From NCBI GenBank assembly GCA_963718845.1, contig CAVRAD010000006.1:343815-407814 (forward strand): a stretch of 64,000 bases of DNA. Reading direction: 5' to 3'. The DNA comes from an uncultured Acidobacteriota bacterium. Lineage in GTDB: Bacteria; Acidobacteriota; UBA6911. Positions 49,731 through 56,896 of this stretch are shown piece by piece. The position numbers and the translations under genes were made by a program. The notes beneath the pieces were generated by a model, which saw only the letters and a program-made list of their open reading frames with translations, did not search any database and had not been told where the DNA came from. Position 1 is the stretch's first letter, and every line of letters begins with the position of its first letter.

Positions 49731-50867
49731 TTACCGGATCGCCCGGGATAGTTGATAGCTAAAGACTGCCATGTCCATGGCAGCCCGGGCCTTCTGTCCC
49801 GGAGATAGCCGCTTATCGGTCGGGTGCGTATGCGTCAGAAATGGGCTGATGAGCAGGTAGGCATGGGAGAGCCGGCTATGAAGCTCCATGCTCTCTTCGG
49901 GAGGGATCAAGTCGTCGTAGGCGCCGTGGATCAAGAATGCCGGGCAGCGCAAGTGAAGCACCGCGTCATCGGGATTAAGTTGCGGGTAAATCCGTAAGGT
50001 CAGATGCTGCTCGATTTTCGCTACAAGTTCGGCATCCGTCCGGTTTTCCTTCATCAGGGCCAGCGCATACCAGCGCGCTCCCTCCGCAGTCAAGCCGGGA
50101 TCCGCGGGCAGAGCTTCCTTCTTCCGCAAAAGCGTGTCGAGCACCTTGCGCAGGAACAAGCGGTCTTTCTCGGAAGCAACCATCTCCAAGGCCGAACGCA
50201 TTACGATCCACTTGGCGTAGAATCGGGTGGGATAATAGCTCTTCGGCACGGCTGCGGGGTCGGCAGCGAACCAGCCCCGGGTGCAGCGAGCCAGGTTGGA
50301 ATAGGGACCGATACCCACAAAAAATCCGACATTGTCGCGGATCTCCGGTTTCGCCGCAGCCATCAACGCTAGGGTCGCAGAAAAGGAAACGCCGGCGAGG
50401 CCGGTCTTTTGTATTGTTCCTCCTCCTTCCAGTTTCGGTGCCTCCTTGAACCAGAACAGGATCTGGTCGATGGGTTCCGCGGTAATTTGAAAATCTCGAA
50501 ATTCACGGATGTCGGGAGTAATGACGAACAGGCCGTTGCCCGCCAGGATTTTTGACAGCGCAATAAGTCTCGGATGATAACACCCAAGTTCGCTGAGGCC
50601 GGCGACGAGCACGATGGCTTTTGTTGCGGGGGATTTTGCGGGACGGTAGGTCAACGCGTCATAGCTATGCGGCCCAGCCTGGCGATGGATCTTTGCCTCA
50701 AGGACACCGGTATTCTCGTCCGGCGCGCCTGATGCCAGTTTCTGCAGCGATAGTCCGATGCGCACCGCAAAGAGTATGGGACTCATCAGACTCACAAGCA
50801 GGGCGCAAATCATTAGCAGCGCGCCTGCCCATGCCCATTTCCGCACTCCGGGTCTTAAGGTCATCAC
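49731..50867 (-). CDS. Membrane-anchored alpha/beta hydrolase
   Basis: N-terminal TM (WAGALLMICALLVSLMSPILFAV), nucleophile-elbow-like GVSFSA, and a late LIHGAYDDLIP block. Confidence 0.6.
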   Translation of the reverse strand: MMTLRPGVRKWAWAGALLMICALLVSLMSPILFAVRIGLSLQKLASGAPDENTGVLEAKIHRQAGPHSYDALTYRPAKSPATKAIVLVAGLSELGCYHPRLIALSKILAGNGLFVITPDIREFRDFQITAEPIDQILFWFKEAPKLEGGGTIQKTGLAGVSFSATLALMAAAKPEIRDNVGFFVGIGPYSNLARCTRGWFAADPAAVPKSYYPTRFYAKWIVMRSALEMVASEKDRLFLRKVLDTLLRKKEALPADPGLTAEGARWYALALMKENRTDAELVAKIEQHLTLRIYPQLNPDDAVLHLRCPAFLIHGAYDDLIPPEESMELHSRLSHAYLLISPFLTHTHPTDKRLSPGQKARAAMDMAVFSYQLSRAIR

Positions 50868-50978
50868 AAGTCTTACCTAAGATAACAGCACTATGAAATG
50901 CCCATAATTCTTGCGAGTATAATTAGAGCGGGCCATTATAGTACCGGCGCCATCATTATAGCCAAAGAAGTCGCGAAT

Positions 50979-51016
50979 TATTCTGGCTCCTGACTTCTGA
51001 CTCCTGAATTCTTCAG
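50979..51016. repeat. Short CTGACTC/CTGGCTC heptamer array
   Basis: ttctggctcctgacttctgactcctgaattcttc uses the same unit family as the array at 61570-61700. Confidence 0.6.
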
Positions 51017-51027
51017 TGTGAGGTCCG

Positions 51028-52512
51028 ATGTTAAGTTTGTGCGAACTGCGGCGTGCGGCTCAAATAATTCACGGAATGACTCTGGGCAAAACGCTCCGGC
51101 GGATTGTTCAGCCCGACGCGATGCAGATTTGTCTGACATTTGAAGGCTCGGCGGGAAAACAGCATTTGCTGCTGTCCTGCAGTCCGGAAAATGCGCGCAT
51201 TTGCACAACGGATCGGATGGAAGCCGGCGCTTCTTCGGGCTCGTTTTATGAATACGCGCATGCGCACCTGATTGGAAGCATCTTTGCGGCAATCGAGTGC
51301 TCGTCGGACAACCGGCAGATCAGCATAAGTCTGCAATCGCGCGCTGGCTCTTTCGGGTTGTTGCTTTCCATTCTGGGAGCGCGCAGCAACATCTATCTCT
51401 TGGATGCTAAAGGAAAGCTCGTCCATTCCATGCGTCCTCTCGACGAGACACGGCACGAACTGAAGACAGGAGAAGCCTGGGCCGATCCTCGCGGCGCAGT
51501 TCCTTCCGACGGCGGAGACCGCTGGAAAGAGGTGCCGGACGACCTGTATCTCGAGGCCGTGGACAAGACTTACCAGCAGCTTGAGTCGAGATCCAAGGCA
51601 GACCTGCTTGCGAAACGAATCCAGCAAGCTATTAAGAAGGAACGAGCTTTCCTTGATCGCAAGTCGATCAACCTGCGTGAAGACCTTGGAGAAGCACTGC
51701 AGGCCGAATCCTACAAGAGAAAAGGGGAACTGCTGAAGAATGTGCTGCATACCATCAGGCGCGGCGATGACGTGGTTGCCGTAACGGATTATCAAACGGG
51801 AGAACTCCTTGAAATTCCTCTCGATCCGAAACTCTCTCCGGCGGCGAATCTGGAAGCGTACTTTGCCCGCTATCAAAAACAGTCCAGGGGTGCGCGGGTG
51901 ATCCAACGCCAGATCGAAGATCTCGAATCCATGCGAACAGGGCTTGATGCGGTCGAACAGAATGTGGAGCGTGCCCTGCGGAGTGAGCCGCCGGATCTTC
52001 AAGCGCTGGAAAGCATCGAAGCGCGGCCGGAAGTCCGGCGGATCCTGCACAGGTATTCGTCCAAACGAAAGCCTGCAGCGCCGCCCGCGCATGCGTCTCA
52101 GAAAAAGGAAATCCCAACCCGACTTCTCCCGAAACGATACAAAGCCCAGGATGGCCTGGAAATCTGGGTCGGACGCAGCGACGAGGGAAACGATTACCTT
52201 ACGACGCGCATGGCGCGCGGCAACGATCTATTTTTCCATCTGGAAGGCTATCCAGGCAGTCACGTAGTGCTGCGCACAGAAGGGCGAACGGATCCACCAA
52301 CCGAATCGCTCCTGGACGCCTGCGAACTTGCCGCGCATTTTTCCAAACTAAAGAACGCCGGAACCGTGGACATCCATGTCGCCCCGATCAAAGATGTAAA
52401 AAAACCCAAGGGAGCCAAGCCCGGTCTTGTTTATGTGAGGAAGGGCAAAACCATTCACTTGAAGCGGAATCCGAAGCGACTGCAAAACATCCTCGCGGCG
52501 AGGCTGGATTGA
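51028..52512 (+). CDS. NFACT family protein (RqcH/FbpA-like, with a DUF814/NFACT-R domain)
   Basis: 494-aa ORF. The C-terminal part reads DGLEIWVGRSDEGNDYLT...DLFFHLEGYPGSHVVLR...HFSKLKNAGTVDIHVAPIKDVKKP. There is a central coiled coil. Confidence 0.75.
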   Translation: MLSLCELRRAAQIIHGMTLGKTLRRIVQPDAMQICLTFEGSAGKQHLLLSCSPENARICTTDRMEAGASSGSFYEYAHAHLIGSIFAAIECSSDNRQISISLQSRAGSFGLLLSILGARSNIYLLDAKGKLVHSMRPLDETRHELKTGEAWADPRGAVPSDGGDRWKEVPDDLYLEAVDKTYQQLESRSKADLLAKRIQQAIKKERAFLDRKSINLREDLGEALQAESYKRKGELLKNVLHTIRRGDDVVAVTDYQTGELLEIPLDPKLSPAANLEAYFARYQKQSRGARVIQRQIEDLESMRTGLDAVEQNVERALRSEPPDLQALESIEARPEVRRILHRYSSKRKPAAPPAHASQKKEIPTRLLPKRYKAQDGLEIWVGRSDEGNDYLTTRMARGNDLFFHLEGYPGSHVVLRTEGRTDPPTESLLDACELAAHFSKLKNAGTVDIHVAPIKDVKKPKGAKPGLVYVRKGKTIHLKRNPKRLQNILAARLD

Positions 52513-52575
52513 AAGGATTAAAGGATTCAAGGATTAAAGGATTAAAGGATTCAAGGATTAAAGGATTAAAGGGAT
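52511..52575. repeat. Tandem AAAGGATT/CAAGGATT octamer array
   Basis: gaaaggattaaaggattcaaggattaaaggattaaaggattcaaggattaaaggattaaaggga starts inside the NFACT stop codon region. Confidence 0.8.
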
Positions 52576-52639
52576 CTTCAACATAATTTGTGGATATAAA
52601 CCCACGAGATTTAATTCAAGTTGAAATCATGGCCATGGC

Positions 52640-52741
52640 TCATAGCAGTGCAACGCCGAAGGCCGGGATAAACACTGCACCCAGAATGCGCTGGACGCGA
52701 TTGAAAATCCACGGACAGAATGGATCCAGCGAATGAATCAT
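52640..52741 (-). CDS. Possible 33-aa hydrophobic peptide downstream of leader copy 1
   Basis: agaaGGGGGcggcatatttATG, then MIHSLDPFCPWIFNRVQRILGAVFIPAFGVALL*. It is in frame with a longer 79-aa TTG-initiated ORF. It is weakly supported. Confidence 0.25.
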   Translation of the reverse strand: MIHSLDPFCPWIFNRVQRILGAVFIPAFGVALL

Positions 52742-52820
52742 AAATATGCCGCCCCCTTCTCTTTGGAGCCCCAACCATATCCCGACTTCAGCATCGAGCT
52801 TCATCGCAGCCAATCTGCTC

Positions 52821-52964
52821 TGCACTATAGGTGCAGTGTCGAAATTCCCAAATCTTTTATAAAATGTTCTCGTCAGCAAGATTCTGGATTCTTAATTTAC
52901 ATAACTTGAAATTATCAGAAGCTCCCATGATGTCAATTGGCATGGATTGGCAGCTTGTCCTACC
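52821..52964 (-). promoter_or_regulatory. Duplicated promoter-plus-leader segment, copy 1
   Basis: 144 bp collinear with 54774-54917 (about 17 mismatches by eye, no indels). On the minus strand, TTGACA (52936-52931) is followed by 16 nt and TAATTT (52914-52909). A conserved transcribed part contains TTTTATAAAA. Confidence 0.5.
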
Positions 52965-52986
52965 CACCCTTCTTGTCGAATTCGAC

Positions 52987-54747
52987 TCATCTCCAGAAAT
53001 AATGCCAGGTGTACGTGAGGTCTGCGCCTTTCCCGGCTTCTATTCTGATCTTCCAGTTGATCCGGCTGGCCCCGTTAAAGTGCGACCACCATTGAGGCCA
53101 ACTGTACCACCGCCACCATAGCGGGTAAGCGCCCGCCCCAAGGTAGCTGCCGTCCTCAAACACATTCACCCTGGTGATGCCTCCTTCGTTGTCCGCGCTG
53201 TTGACGTTGCCCAAAACGTGTCTGGTAACTTCGATTTCGACGGGCTTGTCCCGATAGTTGGTCAGCTTGATCTTGCCTGCGAGGTCGACTCGCGCGTAGT
53301 CGTCCCCCTGCCACCGAACCGCATTCGGTACGCGGGCGGTCTCCGCGTCTGACTTCACCACCTGTATGTCCACCGCTTTGGTTATCTCGATGTCGCTGGT
53401 TGCGCCGATCGCCGTGTAAGTCATCATCCCCTGCGCGAGCACTCGATTGTCACGAATGACAAGAGCCGGCGCCGTGGTCAACGGATAACTGCCTTTGTTG
53501 TTGAGACGAATCTTGTGAGCGACCTTCGGTGCGCTGAACAGGCGGGCCATCTCCGCTTCCTGCTCGCTATTGAGATTAGCTCGGACTTCAGGCGGCGGAG
53601 CGAAAGGCAATTCCAACGCGAACACATCCGAATAAGGAATCGAGTACTCCGCTACCGGGACAACCATTCGCTCGCCCTTTCTCAACGACACGTGCTTGAC
53701 CGTAAAGACAAAGAGGTCTTCGTTCTTTGTCGATTCGGGAAGATCGGGTCCGAGGTTCGGAGCCGCGGGCTCGGACGGCGCAACTCGCTCAGTCATTCGC
53801 GCGGCCTGAGACATGATTGCGTTGGACATCATCTGCATTCGATCGCCCTGCTGAAAGTAAGGTGACAACTGGGCGGCCGACTGCTGTAGCGAGACTGGGT
53901 CCACGGTATCTTTGAATGCGAAGCTTGGTACCCCGATGACCAGATTCGCCGTAACGTCGTTGAGATCGGCGAGTTCATTCAGCAGAGTCGCTTGCAGCTT
54001 GATCGCCGCGTTCCCATTGCCGTCGATGGTCACCTTGTAGCCGGGAATCCAGCGGATCCCTCTTTGCAGGTAGACCAGCCCGACATCCATGGTTGATGCC
54101 GGCTTTCGATTCCCCCAGTCAAGCTTCAGCGTCAGCAGATTGCGGAATTCCTCGCGCGACAGCTTGCTCTTGTGTGCGGTCTTGAAGGTCACATCCTGAA
54201 TGTTCTCGACGATGACTGCCTTGACTCCCTCGCTGGTTCTGACGAGGATGACGCTGCCCTTCTCGGGAATTCGCGGAGCCGCGTTTGGCAGCCCGGTGGC
54301 CGCAAGCTCTTCGGAGCTCCGTTCGGGAATGCCGATAATGGTGCAGGCGTATCGAACGGGCTCTCGATTCGGGCTGGTGCTTTTTTCGGTGATGATCGCA
54401 TCGACACCGGCGTTTCCTCCAAGATGTTCGGCGAGGCTGAGCGCGGTTTCTTCAACCAGCACTCTGCGCTGACCGGCTACGACGCTGGTCAGCTTTACAT
54501 CCTTGTTCGAAGAGTAAGGCCAGAACGTGCCAAGCACAGGCGTTGGAAGGTAGTCCATCAGCACATTCCCTGTGGTATCGGTCGGCAACGCGCCTTCGTG
54601 TAGCACGAATGCGTGACCGTCCTTGAACACGGTGACTTCTTTGACCGGCATTCGCGCCAGCGCAGCAAGCGGCGCCGGGGCTTGCGCTGCCGAGGAACCA
54701 GAGAAGATTAGAAGCGCGAGAAAGGTGATCACACAGAGATTCTTCAT
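52987..54747 (-). CDS. Secreted DUF4139-like protein (586 aa from MKNLCVITF)
   Basis: Signal peptide MKNLCVITFLALLIFSGSSAAQA, an N-terminal VTVFKDGHAFVLHEG pattern and a Trp-rich C-terminus (YPLWWRWYSWPQWWSHF...TYTWHYFWR). The family call is tentative. Confidence 0.6.
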   Translation of the reverse strand: MKNLCVITFLALLIFSGSSAAQAPAPLAALARMPVKEVTVFKDGHAFVLHEGALPTDTTGNVLMDYLPTPVLGTFWPYSSNKDVKLTSVVAGQRRVLVEETALSLAEHLGGNAGVDAIITEKSTSPNREPVRYACTIIGIPERSSEELAATGLPNAAPRIPEKGSVILVRTSEGVKAVIVENIQDVTFKTAHKSKLSREEFRNLLTLKLDWGNRKPASTMDVGLVYLQRGIRWIPGYKVTIDGNGNAAIKLQATLLNELADLNDVTANLVIGVPSFAFKDTVDPVSLQQSAAQLSPYFQQGDRMQMMSNAIMSQAARMTERVAPSEPAAPNLGPDLPESTKNEDLFVFTVKHVSLRKGERMVVPVAEYSIPYSDVFALELPFAPPPEVRANLNSEQEAEMARLFSAPKVAHKIRLNNKGSYPLTTAPALVIRDNRVLAQGMMTYTAIGATSDIEITKAVDIQVVKSDAETARVPNAVRWQGDDYARVDLAGKIKLTNYRDKPVEIEVTRHVLGNVNSADNEGGITRVNVFEDGSYLGAGAYPLWWRWYSWPQWWSHFNGASRINWKIRIEAGKGADLTYTWHYFWR

Positions 54748-54773
54748 AATTCCCACCTCTAGATAACGTCGGT

Positions 54774-54917
54774 TGCACCATAGGCGCATTATCGAAATCC
54801 CCAAATCTTTTATAAAATGTTCTCGCCAGCAAGATTCCGGGTTCTTAATTTATATAACTAACTATTATCAGAAGCTCCCATGATGTCAATCGGCATGGAT
54901 CGGCAGTTTGTCCTGCC
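54774..54917 (-). promoter_or_regulatory. Duplicated promoter-plus-leader segment, copy 2
   Basis: See copy 1. It ends 27 nt upstream of the DUF4139-like ATG (gaGGTGGGaattATG). Confidence 0.5.
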
Positions 54918-55214
54918 TATCCTTTTTTCGCGAAGCTATCCAATACAGGATTGGGGCCAGGATGTGCTATATCATTTTGGTGGCCTTTCCTTGCGTGTTT
55001 CATCGCCGGTTTTCCGGCTTTTCAAAAAGATTTCAAAGAGGAAGACACCGGTAGGGCTTGTGGGCAATATGGAAAAGTCTCGCCGCTCTTGGGCGGGACT
55101 TTTCCAAGCGGCAGCGGGACGCCGCGGCCTTTGCGGATTTTCATGGACGCGGTATTTTCCATCAGGCCGTTTATCCCGTCGTTTCTACCAACAGATTGTG
55201 CTAAAGAACCGATT

Positions 55215-55380
55215 AAAGGGGTAGAGGGGTAAAGGAGTAAAGGGGTAAAGGAGTAAAGGGGTAAAGGGGTAAAGGGGTAAAGGAGTAAAGGGGTAAAGGG
55301 AAATAACCCTAATGCCAATCAGTTGCCCCATCTTCATCCCTCTATTCCTTTAATCCTTGAATCCTTTAATCCTTTGATCC
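55215..55380. repeat. G-run octamer array (AAGGGGTA/AAGGAGTA x about 10) plus an opposing CCTTTAAT-type arm
   Basis: 55215-55300 reads aaaggggtagaggggtaaaggagtaaaggggtaaaggagtaaaggggtaaaggggtaaaggggtaaaggagtaaaggggtaaaggg. 55338-55380 reads ccctctattcctttaatccttgaatcctttaatcctttgatcc. Confidence 0.8.
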
Positions 55381-55393
55381 GGCTGCACAACTA

Positions 55394-56398
55394 CTACGCA
55401 ATAATAATGACGTCGGGTTTGGGGTCCATCTTCACGCCGCCTTTGACTTTCTTGAGTCCGAAAATTTCGTCCAGGGTCATGGGCGGTTTGTCGAAGTGAC
55501 CGTGCTTCTCCCAGCGATTGGGAAAGAAGATCTTTATCCCTCGAAATTTGATGAAAGGGTAAACGTCGGCATCTGTAATTTTATTATACTTAAACGCCTT
55601 GATCGTCTTTTGTCCCAATCCGTCCATGTCGAAGACCAGTTCGACGTTCTCGTAGGTCTTGATTTTGTCTTTGTCCTTGATCATGAAAGGGACTCCGTCA
55701 TCGACATTGGCGTCGCCAAACTGGTGCACAATCAGGATTTTTTTATGCTGAAGTTTCTGGGCCCGGACATAGTCGTCGAGCATTTGTTGCGCTTCGTTGA
55801 TTTGGGACGACTGCAAGGTGCCGATGGGTATGCCCGGATTTTCTCTGCCCGGGTAGACGTGAAACTCGGGATCGAGCGCCACGGCCACATTTTCGTATTT
55901 CAAATATCCTTTGTCCAGCATCCGCTTGACCTGCTGGACAGGGTTTGATTTTCCGATCTGTGTGTCGAGCACGACCATCCATCCGCGTTTCGCCGCCGGT
56001 TCTATGTAACTACCTGCCAGGTCTTTTACGGTGCCCTCAAGGTACAGCAAGCAATCAGGAGTATCCTTGCAGGGGGTCGCCATGGCGTAAATGAGGTGGA
56101 TTGCCGGGATCACACCCTTTTTGTCATTCCTTTTTTGGATGCCCTCGATCCATGGGCGGATATCCTTTTCCATCTCCGCGAAACCCTTATAGGCTCCCAG
56201 TCGGCCCAGAATCGGTGCGCGGTTGAAAGCTCGTCCGTAAACAGTAAACAAGGTGTTATGGAGCAGAATGGAAGCCGCCTTGACGGCTGCAGGCCTTGAG
56301 GGATTCTGTGCGGTGGGGACGGACTGTGACTTAATTCCGCATGCCCACACGAGAGGGATAACCAGAGGCAACAGAAGGCGAACGAGGCGTATTTGCAT
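55394..56398 (-). CDS. Hypothetical lipoprotein / secreted protein
   Basis: MQIRLVRLLLPLVIPLVWACG (signal with Cys). The 334-aa ORF is intact and I recognise no family with confidence. Confidence 0.55.
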   Translation of the reverse strand: MQIRLVRLLLPLVIPLVWACGIKSQSVPTAQNPSRPAAVKAASILLHNTLFTVYGRAFNRAPILGRLGAYKGFAEMEKDIRPWIEGIQKRNDKKGVIPAIHLIYAMATPCKDTPDCLLYLEGTVKDLAGSYIEPAAKRGWMVVLDTQIGKSNPVQQVKRMLDKGYLKYENVAVALDPEFHVYPGRENPGIPIGTLQSSQINEAQQMLDDYVRAQKLQHKKILIVHQFGDANVDDGVPFMIKDKDKIKTYENVELVFDMDGLGQKTIKAFKYNKITDADVYPFIKFRGIKIFFPNRWEKHGHFDKPPMTLDEIFGLKKVKGGVKMDPKPDVIIIA

Positions 56399-56591
56399 GC
56401 TTTGTTGCACGGTTCCTTTTATGGCACGGAATGAATTGAACGAACCCGCTGTATTCGCAGCATCGGCGACGGAACAAGCCGAAGCGAAACAATAGCATCA
56501 TGACACACATCGAGACAACATGAAGATCTTAGTCGATTCATTTGCAGATGGAAGGGAACTCGGGGAAGGGCTTTTCTCATCTCAAGCCGGT

Positions 56592-56872
56592 AAATCATGT
56601 GGGTCGGGGCTTAAGAGGCTGTCTCAAAACTCGCCCATTGAGCGGGCTTACAGCCCTTTTCCTGGTTGTCGCTAAATTCCTAGGGCTTCGCCCTAGGCTG
56701 ATATAGCGCGCGCCTTCGGCGCTTAAATTGCTGTAAATTTAGGATCTTAAAGCGCCGAAGGCGCGATCCATACCAGCCTGGGGCGAAGCCCCAGGAAAAA
56801 GTCGTAAAAGAAAATCAAGGGCTGAAGGCCCGCCCAATGCGAGTTTTGAGACAGCCCCGACCCACATGATTT
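56592..56872. repeat. Nested-palindrome MITE/REP-like element, copy B (complete)
   Basis: The termini aaatCATGTGGGTCGGGGC ... GCCCCGACCCACATGattt are perfect inverted repeats. The interior is a series of paired sub-hairpins: gtctcaaaac/gttttgagac, cctagggcttcgccctagg/cctggggcgaagccccagg, and gcgccttcggcgc/gcgccgaaggcgc. Confidence 0.8.
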
Positions 56873-56896
56873 GCATCCCGTTCCCGGAGTTGAAAA

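Noticed and set aside
51031-52092. 353-aa minus-strand ORF antisense to the NFACT gene
   Set aside because: Same reasoning: the plus-strand gene carries the DUF814/NFACT-R motif, and the antisense frame is Arg/Phe-rich without motifs.
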